A DNA stretch of 64,000 nucleotides from Blastocatellia bacterium (GTDB lineage: Bacteria; Acidobacteriota; Blastocatellia; UBA7656), in contig CAVXWP010000001.1 in assembly GCA_963765495.1 (NCBI GenBank), positions 160,001-224,000 on the forward strand. Direction: 5' to 3'. Below the pieces are notes generated by a model. The model had not been told where the DNA came from. It made no database searches and worked only from the letters and a program-made list of their open reading frames with translations. The translations under genes and the position numbers were made by a program. Positions 19,716-28,436 of the stretch are shown here, in pieces; positions within the stretch are counted from its first letter, which is position 1; each line of letters starts with the position of its first letter.

Positions 19716-19843
19716 GTCTCAGAACGTCTCAATTCGTCTCAGTATGTCTCAATAGCTGTCGTGATTTCGCCCTGAGCCAAGAAATCTTGTACCTCGCTTG
19801 TACCTCGACCTCTAAGGTACAAGAAAGGTACAAAAAAGTACAG
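19716..19843. promoter_or_regulatory. Phased repeats, putative Xis / integrase-arm binding sites
   Basis: GTCTCA x4 at 10-bp period (19716, 19726, 19736, 19746); CTTGTACCTCG x2 and inverted AGGTACAA x2 at 11-bp period. Confidence 0.6.
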
Positions 19844-19954
19844 ACTAAAGATGAAAATCCATAAGAAACGATTGAAACAAAATGCGAGATAACTATAGTT
19901 TTTACTGTACTTATAGTGATTTGTTATTGGATTTTGATGGCTGGTTATGGCGGG

Positions 19955-21337
19955 TTACTTTCCGATACAAAAAGTAGAGAAGATCTGGCCAAGGATGTCT
20001 TCGGTCAATGTTTCGCCCGTGACTTCTCCGAGTGCAAAAAGCGCGGCGTGCAGCCTGAGCAATACGACCTCTTCAAACTCGCTCTGAATCATCAGGACGC
20101 GGGCATCCTTTAATAGCTCGACCGCGCTTTGCACCGACGAGTGCTGTCTGGCATCGGTTATCATTATGTCGTCGCGTTCTGTGCTTGCCTCCCCCGACAG
20201 CCGCAGGAAGATCGCTTCGGTCAAGCGATCAAAGCCGCTTCCGGTCAACGCCGAAAGGGCGATAGCTTCTTCTTCGCTCTCGCCCTCATCCCGAGGCAAG
20301 TCCAATCGAATCGCGCAAGGCAAATCTATTTTATTGAGCAGGATTATTCGCTTGCTTCGCGGCACAAGCTCAAGCAGTCGGGCGTCGTCTTCGGTCAACG
20401 GCTCGCTTTGATCGAAGACCAGAAACGATATATCCGCTTCATCGATTGCCGAGCGGCTTCTGGTGATGCCGAGGCTTTCTATCACATCGCTCGTCTCGCG
20501 TATTCCTGCCGTGTCAATCAGGCGCACGGGAACGCCTGAAATCGACGTACTTTCATAAAGCGCATCTCTTGTGGTTCCGGGCAACTCGGTGACTATTGCC
20601 CGGTCGCTTCCGACCAGCCGGTTGAAGATCGAGGATTTCCCCACGTTTGGCCGTCCGATGATCGCAAGCTGAAATCCTTCTTTGACGTAGCGGCCAAAGG
20701 CGAAACTTGCCGCGATATCGGTCAGCCCTTCGATTACGCGATCAAGCTTCAAAAGCAGGGCGGTGATTGTCTCGGGCGAAATGTCCTCTTCAACAAACTC
20801 GACCGAAGATTCCAGATTTACGATGATTTCAACAAGCGTGTTCTTGAGCGGAGTGAGCCTTTTTGAGAGCGCGCCTTCGAGTTGTCGTGTGGCCACGCGA
20901 GCCTGATATTCGGTCTGCGCGTTTATTACATCTCTTACGGCTTGAGCCTGAGCAATATCTATGCGTCTGTTAAAGAATGCCCGGAAGGTGAATTCGCCGG
21001 GTTCGGCTACGCGCGCGCCTTGCGCCGTAAGTAAAGCGAGCAGGCGGGCGAGGATAACGGGGCTGCCGTGGCAACTCAACTCCACGACATCTTCGCCCGT
21101 GTAAGAGTGCGGGGCTTTGAAGTAGACAAGAATCGCTTCGTCAATCACGTTGTCTGTCGCGCCATCAATTATGTGACCGAACTGCGCGCGAGCAGGCTGA
21201 CCGAGTGGCACGTCCGCGGCCCCGTGAAAAACAGTCGCGGCTATCAGAAGCGAGTCGGGACCGCTCAACCGCACTACTCCTATGCCTCCGCGACCGGGTG
21301 GTGTAGAAAGGGCTGTGATTGTGTCACCCTGTTGCAT
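19955..21337 (-). CDS. mnmE: tRNA modification GTPase MnmE
   Basis: [39 protein letters not shown]-terminal FCIGK. Confidence 0.98.
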   Translation of the reverse strand: MQQGDTITALSTPPGRGGIGVVRLSGPDSLLIAATVFHGAADVPLGQPARAQFGHIIDGATDNVIDEAILVYFKAPHSYTGEDVVELSCHGSPVILARLLALLTAQGARVAEPGEFTFRAFFNRRIDIAQAQAVRDVINAQTEYQARVATRQLEGALSKRLTPLKNTLVEIIVNLESSVEFVEEDISPETITALLLKLDRVIEGLTDIAASFAFGRYVKEGFQLAIIGRPNVGKSSIFNRLVGSDRAIVTELPGTTRDALYESTSISGVPVRLIDTAGIRETSDVIESLGITRSRSAIDEADISFLVFDQSEPLTEDDARLLELVPRSKRIILLNKIDLPCAIRLDLPRDEGESEEEAIALSALTGSGFDRLTEAIFLRLSGEASTERDDIMITDARQHSSVQSAVELLKDARVLMIQSEFEEVVLLRLHAALFALGEVTGETLTEDILGQIFSTFCIGK

Positions 21338-21347
21338 TGGAATTGAG

Positions 21348-21463
21348 ACGTGATGCGAGATGCGTGATTCGTAATGCGTGATTTATGAGGCGAGCCATGA
21401 ACCTGTAAACAGCTTTGCGTTAGAGTCACGCATCACGTATCACTCATCACGAACCACGTATCA
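21348..21463. repeat. Inverted heptamer array (GTGATGC / GCATCAC)
   Basis: gtgatgcgagatgcgtgattcgtaatgcgtga ... tcacgcatcacgtatcactcatcacg. Confidence 0.75.
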
Positions 21464-21913
21464 TACGGGCAAGATAGTGACTTTGCGGTCGGGGCCGTTG
21501 CCCCGGCTTTCGGTCGTGACCGTTGTGTCATCGGCCAGAGAGAGGTGGATTATGCGCCGCTCGTTGGGCGTCATCGGATCAAAGCTGAAAGGGACGCGCG
21601 AAAGGCGGACTTTCTCGGCCGCTTTTTCGGCCATCAGACGCAATTCCTTTTCACGCCGCGCGCGATAATTGCCCGAATCAAATACTATGTGCGATTCTTC
21701 GTTCGTTCGATGCGTGAGCGCGCGATTGGCCAGGTATTCCAGCGCGTCGAGCAGTTCCGCGTTGTGTCCGAGCAACAGGGCTACATCGTCTCCGCGCACT
21801 TCGATCTTAAATGTATCTTCATCAGCCACAGACGCGGCGGTCAGATCAAGCCCGCTTGCTTTTAGGACTATGTTAGTGAACTCAACGACAAAGTCTTTAT
21901 TATCTTCTGACAT
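21461..21913 (-). CDS. jag: Jag/KhpB (EloR) RNA-binding protein, KH + R3H, short form
   Basis: LDALEYL...DSGNYRARRE...MTPNERRIIH; synteny between yidC and mnmE. Confidence 0.9.
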   Translation of the reverse strand: MSEDNKDFVVEFTNIVLKASGLDLTAASVADEDTFKIEVRGDDVALLLGHNAELLDALEYLANRALTHRTNEESHIVFDSGNYRARREKELRLMAEKAAEKVRLSRVPFSFDPMTPNERRIIHLSLADDTTVTTESRGNGPDRKVTILPV

Positions 21914-24078
21914 TACTTGACGCTCCCGACCACTTCTCTCCTAGAGGCTTTACGTTTTGACGAATCGTCGCTATTTTTATCGCCCTTCTTGCCCGGTTTC
22001 TGCTTGCCCGGCTGATCCACCTCGCCCGGCGGAGTCGGCTCAGTCGTCTTCTTGTTTATCACCAGCTGGATTCCAACGCCTACGAGATTCGAGACCATCC
22101 AGTAGAGGACAAGGCCGCTCGGTGCTGACCAGAAAAAGAACCACGTCAGCATTATGGGCATAAGCCAGGTCATCATTATGCGTTGCATCTTCATAGCCGG
22201 GTCGCCCTGATTGGGCTGCGGCGTCAACTGGGTTGAGGCGATCATCGAAACGCACATGACTATGGGCAATATGTGCAAAGGATCGGATGTTGAAAGGTCG
22301 TTCACCCACAATACCCACGGCGCGTGACGCACGTCGAGCGAGATCGTCAGATAGACAAAAAACGCCCAGAATATAGGCATCTGAAGAAGCATCGGAAGAC
22401 ATCCGCCCAGAGGGTTGGCCTCCTTCATTATGGCCATCTGCTCTTGCTGAAGCTGTTGCAGTTCGCGCTCGGATTTCTTTGGATTCTCTTTAAGCTTCTT
22501 CATCTTTTCCTGAAGCTCTTTGAGACGCGGCTGATGTTTTGCCGCCTGTTTCATCTTCTTGGAACTGAACCAGCGGAGCGGAGAAAGCGCCAGATTGATG
22601 AGGATCGTCACGGCGACTATGGCCCAGCCGTAGTTGTGAAACAGCTTTGCCAGTCCATCGAGCGCCCAGCCGATCAGCGGGATGAGCGGGCGCACCATAA
22701 ATGAAAGCATTCCGTAATCGAGCAGGGCTCCAAGGTCTGTCCCGTACCTGTTTCCGACCTCGGCAAGCAGTTCACGGTCTTTAGGGCCTATGAAGATATG
22801 AGTCATCGCTTCCGGCTGAACGGGTATCGCAATCAAAGGGTAATCGCGAGGCGCTTCCTGCGCGGGCACTTTCATATGCACGTCGGTCAGAATGGCCTCA
22901 CTGACCGGCTGCGGCGGTATGGCCACCATCCCAAAATAATGATCCACGATGCCTGCCCAGAGGAGTTGATGCCTTACGGTGTCGATTCCCTGAGCCACGC
23001 CGCTGCCTATGTTTACGCCTTCGGGCAGAGAATCGAGCGTAATCGTGCGTCCGTCGCCTTCGCGACCGACGACGCGGGCAAAGCCCAGAAGCGTAGTGCC
23101 GTCAGCGCCAATAAGCTTGATTTGATCTACGTCACCGGCAAGCGGTTTTTCGATCTGTATGCGTTTCCCGGCCTGATCCACTGCCGTGACTTTGGCAAAG
23201 ACGGGTGTGATCTTCGCGCCCAGGAATTGACGGCGCTTGCCTTCGATGTCATAGGTGATGACTTGAGGCGGCGTGCTGTAGCTGCCCGACTGTTTGTCGG
23301 TCTGATCGCCTATGCGCGGGCCAAGCGTGAGGTAAACGGGCTGATCCGCGCCGTTTGATTTGACATCGGCTGTCGCATCCACGACAAACTGGCCGCCGTA
23401 AAATGTGAAGGTCTTGCGAGCCGTGGCCGAGGGCGACGTGTAAACGAAGGTGATCTGCCGCTGTTCGCCCTCGCTTAGATTGATCTCCTGCTGGTTTGGC
23501 TCTATGCCTTCTATCTGAAAATTGACCCTGTTGAGTTCGGATGCAAGATCGGGCGACCAGGGGAGACGCAGGCTAAAGGGCGCGCCGAGCTTCTCGAGCA
23601 TTTCCTGCGGGATAAGTTCAAGCGGCCCGCCGTTTGCCGCGCGCAATTCAGGCTCGACCGAATTTGTCTTTCGTCGAGTCAGAATCCACGATGTTGCGAC
23701 CGCGCCGTGATTGGAAAACTTCGCTTTCCATAAAGGGGTTGTGATAGTCAGTTCCTGCAGCGCGGCTTCGGTTATAGGGACCTGCGGCTCCTGGGCGGCT
23801 TTTTCAGAGTGCTGCGCGGGCGAAGGGGGCGGGCTCTGAATTTGAGATGCCTGAGTTTGAGATGCCTGAGTTTGAGATGCCTGAGTTTGAGATGCCTCAG
23901 TTTTAGGCGCGACGCCGGAAGGCTTGAGGCCGGAAGACTCGGGCTGCTCCCCGGAGGGTTGTTGAAGCTCGGCTACAGGTTCGGGCGGTGACGGAAAAAA
24001 CCGATGCATTATGAGTGGCCAGCCTACGATGACCACTGCTGAAAGTATTATTGCTAACAAGAAGCGCGTTCGATCCAT
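21913..24078 (-). CDS. yidC: Membrane protein insertase YidC
   Basis: NYGWAIV, NPLGGCLPMLLQMPIF, PSGLVLYW. Confidence 0.97.
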   Translation of the reverse strand: MDRTRFLLAIILSAVVIVGWPLIMHRFFPSPPEPVAELQQPSGEQPESSGLKPSGVAPKTEASQTQASQTQASQTQASQIQSPPPSPAQHSEKAAQEPQVPITEAALQELTITTPLWKAKFSNHGAVATSWILTRRKTNSVEPELRAANGGPLELIPQEMLEKLGAPFSLRLPWSPDLASELNRVNFQIEGIEPNQQEINLSEGEQRQITFVYTSPSATARKTFTFYGGQFVVDATADVKSNGADQPVYLTLGPRIGDQTDKQSGSYSTPPQVITYDIEGKRRQFLGAKITPVFAKVTAVDQAGKRIQIEKPLAGDVDQIKLIGADGTTLLGFARVVGREGDGRTITLDSLPEGVNIGSGVAQGIDTVRHQLLWAGIVDHYFGMVAIPPQPVSEAILTDVHMKVPAQEAPRDYPLIAIPVQPEAMTHIFIGPKDRELLAEVGNRYGTDLGALLDYGMLSFMVRPLIPLIGWALDGLAKLFHNYGWAIVAVTILINLALSPLRWFSSKKMKQAAKHQPRLKELQEKMKKLKENPKKSERELQQLQQEQMAIMKEANPLGGCLPMLLQMPIFWAFFVYLTISLDVRHAPWVLWVNDLSTSDPLHILPIVMCVSMIASTQLTPQPNQGDPAMKMQRIMMTWLMPIMLTWFFFWSAPSGLVLYWMVSNLVGVGIQLVINKKTTEPTPPGEVDQPGKQKPGKKGDKNSDDSSKRKASRREVVGSVK
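23841..23900. repeat. 15-bp tandem repeat x4 inside yidC (TQASQ)
   Basis: tttgagatgcctgag x3 plus tttgagatgcctcag. Confidence 0.9.
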
Positions 24079-24136
24079 TATGAAATTACCTGATCAAATC
24101 AATTCGCGGCCCTGGTATTGGGCCGCTCCCTTATAG

Positions 24137-24346
24137 TTATTTTACGGGATCATAACCACCCGGATGAAACGGGTGACATCTGAGCAGTCGTCTGATTCCC
24201 ATATAAGTACCGCGCAATGCGCCGTACTTTTGAATTGCTTCGATTGCATATTGAGAGCAGGTTGGGGTAAATCTGCACGCGGGCGGCAGCAGCGGTGAGA
24301 TGAGCATTTGATATGCTCTTACAAAAGAAACCAGAACCACCTTCAC
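24137..24346 (-). CDS. yidD: Membrane protein insertion efficiency factor YidD
   Basis: [10 protein letters not shown]...[13 protein letters not shown]. Confidence 0.97.
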   Translation of the reverse strand: MKVVLVSFVRAYQMLISPLLPPACRFTPTCSQYAIEAIQKYGALRGTYMGIRRLLRCHPFHPGGYDPVK

Positions 24347-24696
24347 TTCTTACCCGCCTTCTCAAGAAAAGTTGTGAAGTCGTCTTCCAGTTCGACGTAA
24401 CCGACCGAGACCAGAGACTTCTTAACATTAATGACTATATCAACTCCCTCAGGGACAAGCCATTTGTTTTTCCTGAAGACCTCGCGCACGAGCCTGCGCG
24501 CGCGATTGCGCTCGACCGCATTGCCGACCTTCCGCGTTACGGTTATGCCGATTCGAGGATTGATAACCGGGTTCGGCAGCAAAAACGCGGTGAAATACCT
24601 GGCCTGATACTTCCGGCCTTCGTCGTACACGCGACGGAAATGACCACGCCTGAGAATCCTCTCTGTCTTAGGAAACTTTTCAGATACCTCACCCAT
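24343..24696 (-). CDS. rnpA: Ribonuclease P protein component
   Basis: [25 protein letters not shown]. Confidence 0.95.
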   Translation of the reverse strand: MGEVSEKFPKTERILRRGHFRRVYDEGRKYQARYFTAFLLPNPVINPRIGITVTRKVGNAVERNRARRLVREVFRKNKWLVPEGVDIVINVKKSLVSVGYVELEDDFTTFLEKAGKK

Positions 24697-24700
24697 TACT

Positions 24701-24789
24701 ATGATGCGTGATGCGTGATGCGTGAAACACGTGATGAGCCCGTAGAAAGGCAAATACCTGACTAGTCACGCATCACGCATCGCGTATCA
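24701..24789. repeat. Inverted heptamer array (GTGATGC / GCATCAC)
   Basis: tgatgcgtgatgcgtgatgcgtga ... tcacgcatcacgcatcgcg. Confidence 0.75.
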
Positions 24790-24792
24790 ACT

Positions 24793-24936
24793 TTAGTAGT
24801 GCGCGGGAGTCAGTTGTTTGCGCCCTTTTGCGCGGCGTCGCTTGATGACAAGCCTTCCGGCCTTTGTGCTCATACGCACACGGAACCCGTGAGTCTTGGC
24901 CCGGCGGCGGTTGTTGGGTTGAAATGTCCTCTTCAT
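24793..24936 (-). CDS. rpmH: 50S ribosomal protein L34
   Basis: [47 protein letters not shown] (translated by hand, below the ORF-track size cutoff). Confidence 0.97.
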   Translation of the reverse strand: MKRTFQPNNRRRAKTHGFRVRMSTKAGRLVIKRRRAKGRKQLTPAHY

Positions 24937-25038
24937 ACCTGTTCACCTCTCTATAAACGTCTCTACAGAAAAGATTAAGCCTATCGGAATAAACAGGGGA
25001 TTGTCAAGGTTTGCCAAAGACGCCGCCCGCCCCGCCCG

Positions 25039-25231
25039 CAGGGTCATTCAGTTTTTGAATTGCGGGCAACATGCGTCAGGCGTTTTGCCAGGTTAAGTTG
25101 AATGCAAGGCGAATTGAAATAGGCCGCGGATAACGCGGATGCGACGGATTTTCGCGGATTAAATCCTATAGTGTCAGATCCGCGCCCGTCCCGGCCTATT
25201 TTCACCCAAATTGATTTTCAATACTGTTGAC
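25039..25231. repeat. MITE-like palindromic repeat, copy A
   Basis: cagggtcattcagtttt ... aataggccgcggataacgcggat ... cggcctatt. Confidence 0.65.
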
Positions 25232-25609
25232 GGACACTTGCCTGTTTGCCCGCCCGTATTTCTCAACCGGACTTTACTCGATTCTGGTCAGAATGAGGGA
25301 AATATTCGGGCATTTTGATTGATCCTTGCCAGCACGGATCATCCGGGGTAGCGGCTGTCAGACCGTCTGCTGCTTGCTCTCCGGCCGGTCAGACTCATTC
25401 TTCAACGACTGTTAAGATATTGTCGGCCAAAGAATAAGCCGAATAATCTTTAACCGGGAAACAGACCCCCGATGCGGAGTCGAGCCTGTAGGACAGGTTT
25501 CCCTGAAAAGCGGCACGTTGCTTGTTATTAATACAGTTGCCCCCGGTACCAGCGATTCATTACACGCGGATGCCCCCGAACCGAGCTTTGCTTAAAGAGC
25601 TATACAGAT

Positions 25610-26383
25610 ATGAATATGGAATGTAGCGCGCAGAGTAATCAGATGTTGACCTCCGTTGACATTGAAATATTGGCCGATCTGATTCTTGAGGAATCGGATC
25701 ACTATACGGTGCTGGGCGTGAACCGCGCCGCGTCTGTCAGTCAGATACACGAATCTTACTCTCTGGCGATCAATTCTTTTCACCCCTCGATTCGTGCCGA
25801 CATTACCGGCTCGAATCCCGTTATGCAATGGAAGCTGAGTCAGGTGATGAAGCGGATCAATGATGCTTACTCTACGCTATCGAATGAGCGTCGTAGAAAA
25901 GTCTATGACGATATGAGGAACTTCAGATTCGAATCTGATGATTTGATTGAGAGTTCACACGACGTATCGATGCTTTACGTAGAAAGCAAATGCAGATACA
26001 TCCAGAGCAAGCACATGGCAGCCGGATTAAAGCTGCCCGTCAACAAAACAAAGCTCGATCAGAGTAATGAGCCCCACAGCATTGGTTCAGGAGATGAAAG
26101 GCGACGGGTAGAGCGAGCGAGCCTGCGCCTGCCGGTACTTGTGAGATGCGATCAGATCAACTGGCAGGAGTTTGCCGAAAGCAGAGATGTCAGCCCTCTC
26201 GGAATCAGGTTCTCGGCATCGCGTCGCGTGGAGCCGGGCACAACCTTAAAGATAGAATTGCCCATGCCGAAAGACCTTCGAATACGCAGTTATGGCGAAA
26301 AGCTCTATCAGGTAGACGGCATAGTCATACGTTCTGTCGAGGACAAAATGGACTATGTCGTTGCGGCAGAGTTTCTATTTTAA
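25610..26383 (+). CDS. J-domain + PilZ domain protein
   Basis: DHYTVLGV...FHPS...INDAYSTLS; RRRVERA...DVSPLG PilZ motifs. Confidence 0.8.
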   Translation: MNMECSAQSNQMLTSVDIEILADLILEESDHYTVLGVNRAASVSQIHESYSLAINSFHPSIRADITGSNPVMQWKLSQVMKRINDAYSTLSNERRRKVYDDMRNFRFESDDLIESSHDVSMLYVESKCRYIQSKHMAAGLKLPVNKTKLDQSNEPHSIGSGDERRRVERASLRLPVLVRCDQINWQEFAESRDVSPLGIRFSASRRVEPGTTLKIELPMPKDLRIRSYGEKLYQVDGIVIRSVEDKMDYVVAAEFLF

Positions 26384-26400
26384 TGGCCCTGGACTGAATG

Positions 26401-26640
26401 CAGGGTCATTCAGTTTTCCAATATGTAGAAAGGGATAAGGCGAATAGGCCGCGGATAACGCGGATCGGGCGGATTTTCGCGGATCTGAATATATAAGGTC
26501 TAATCCGCGTAGATCCGCCAAAATTCGCGTCCGTCCCGGCCTATTTCAACTCGCCTTTGCGTCAAATCAACCTCTAATATTTTTTCCGCTTATTGCCCTC
26601 AACTCAAGAACTGAATGGCCCTGGACTGAATGGCCCTGCA
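26401..26640. repeat. MITE-like palindromic repeat, copy B
   Basis: cagggtcattcagtt...aataggccgcggataacgcggat...cggcctatt...aactgaatggccctg (terminal inverted repeat). Confidence 0.65.
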
Positions 26641-26735
26641 TCCTCGCACAGTTCTATTTTGACTGGCAATAAGAGATTATTTCTGTAGAATGTTCCACTG
26701 TATTCGGCTACCTTTCTTATAATTCGAGGGACACT

Positions 26736-28220
26736 ATGGCTACTCACTCCGAAGCCTCAGGCCCGGCTCGACCCGGTTTCGCCGAACTGAATGAAGACGT
26801 TTCTCACTCTTCACTGTGGAACCCGGACCTCGCGCCCACCACCATCAAAGAACGCACATGGACCACTTACAACATAGCCGCGCTCTGGATAGGAATGTCG
26901 GTGGTCATTACTACATACACGCTTGCGGGCGGGTTTATAGCGCAGGGCATGACGTGGTGGCAGGCGATGCTGACTATTTTGCTTGGCAACACGATAGTGC
27001 TGATACCGATGATTCTGAACGCGCACGCGGGCACGAAATACGGCATATCGTTTCCCGTGTTGTGCCGGGCGAGTTTCGGCACAAAAGGCGCAAACATCGC
27101 CGCGATGGCGCGCGCTATGGTCGCCTGCGGATGGTTCGGCATACAGACATGGATAGGTGGTACGGCGCTCGACGGGTTGATGAGGGTGATGTGGAGCGGG
27201 TGGAGCGCGGTCCCCTTTCACGAATTCATAATGTTTGGGCTGTTCTGGTTCATACAGGTGGCGATAATCATTCGCGGCATCGAAGGAATCAGGTATCTTG
27301 AAAGCTGGTCCGCGCCGCTCCTGCTTGTCGGGGGCGCTGTGCTTTTGTGGTGGGCTTCCTCCGAGGCGGGCGGGCTTGGCCGTGTGCTCGATTCTGTTTC
27401 ACTTCTTCGAAGCGAGGGGCAGAACGCGCCCTCGTTCTGGCGTATCTTTCCGCCCGCGCTTACCGCAAGCGTAGGCTACTGGGCAACGCTCAGCCTGAAC
27501 ATTCCAGACTTCACGCGCTATGCCCGCAGCCAGCGCTCGCAGGCGCTTGGTCAGGCGCTCGGGCTTCCGCTCACGATGACCGCCTTCGCCTTCATAGGCG
27601 TGGCTACCACATCGGCTACCGTGCTTATCTACGGACGAGCGATCCCCGACCCCGTTGAGCTTGTAGGCCAGTTCTCAAGCGTCATAATAGTTCTGTTTGC
27701 CACCATAGTGATTTTCGCCGCGCAGCTTTCCACAAACATGGCGGCAAACGTAGTCTCGCCTTCCAACGATTTTTCAAACCTCGACCCCAGGCGCATCTCG
27801 TATGTCACAGGCGGATTGATCACGGCAACTATAGGCATACTGATGATGCCCTGGTATCTATATCGCAGCAAAGCGGCTTATATCTTCACATGGCTGATCG
27901 GGTATTCGGGGCTGATGGGAGCGATAGCCGGGATAATGATCTGCGATTACTGGGTGATTCGTCGTCAGCAGTTGTCGCTCAAAGATCTGTTTCTCGAAGC
28001 GGGTCGCTATAGCTACGGCGGAGGCATAAACTGGCGGGCGGTTGTGGCCTTCGTCGTGGCCGTAGCGCCGGTAGTGCCGGGCTTTCTCCGCGCGGCGACG
28101 ACTGCCGGTGGAAGCGTTTCCGATCCGACCTTCTTCGACACCCTATACACTTATGCGTGGTTCGTCACCTTTGGCCTGGCATTCGTCATCTATTTCGCAC
28201 TGATGCGTAGAGAGGGTTAA
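26736..28220 (+). CDS. NCS1 family nucleobase:cation symporter
   Basis: GTKYGISFPV, CGWFGIQTWIGG, WATLSLNIPDFTRY. Confidence 0.95.
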   Translation: MATHSEASGPARPGFAELNEDVSHSSLWNPDLAPTTIKERTWTTYNIAALWIGMSVVITTYTLAGGFIAQGMTWWQAMLTILLGNTIVLIPMILNAHAGTKYGISFPVLCRASFGTKGANIAAMARAMVACGWFGIQTWIGGTALDGLMRVMWSGWSAVPFHEFIMFGLFWFIQVAIIIRGIEGIRYLESWSAPLLLVGGAVLLWWASSEAGGLGRVLDSVSLLRSEGQNAPSFWRIFPPALTASVGYWATLSLNIPDFTRYARSQRSQALGQALGLPLTMTAFAFIGVATTSATVLIYGRAIPDPVELVGQFSSVIIVLFATIVIFAAQLSTNMAANVVSPSNDFSNLDPRRISYVTGGLITATIGILMMPWYLYRSKAAYIFTWLIGYSGLMGAIAGIMICDYWVIRRQQLSLKDLFLEAGRYSYGGGINWRAVVAFVVAVAPVVPGFLRAATTAGGSVSDPTFFDTLYTYAWFVTFGLAFVIYFALMRREG

Positions 28221-28287
28221 CGGGATTTTGAAAGATTAACAAGGTTTCCTTGAATCTTTCAAAATCCCGTTAACCCTCTCTACGCAT
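28203..28287. repeat. 35-bp perfect inverted repeat including the NCS1 gene end
   Basis: atgcgtagagagggttaacgggattttgaaagatt / aatctttcaaaatcccgttaaccctctctacgcat. Confidence 0.9.
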
Positions 28288-28436
28288 ATCTCTTCGGGCG
28301 CAGAAACGGCTCTCAAGACCTCTGTTTGCGTATATACTGTTTTGTGGATTTTTCATATGTTTGCCGTGTGTGATAATTTTGTGCAAACTCACTCTGGTCG
28401 ATTTGAGCAGGCCGGTGAATTAATAAGGGGAGAAAG

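Noticed and set aside
25511-25526. Sigma54 promoter (cGGCACGttgcTTGT) upstream of the J-PilZ gene
   Set aside because: The -12 element reads TTGT rather than TTGC; too weak without activator evidence
24937-25609. oriC next to rpmH
   Set aside because: No DnaA-box cluster, AT-rich unwinding element or dnaA gene visible
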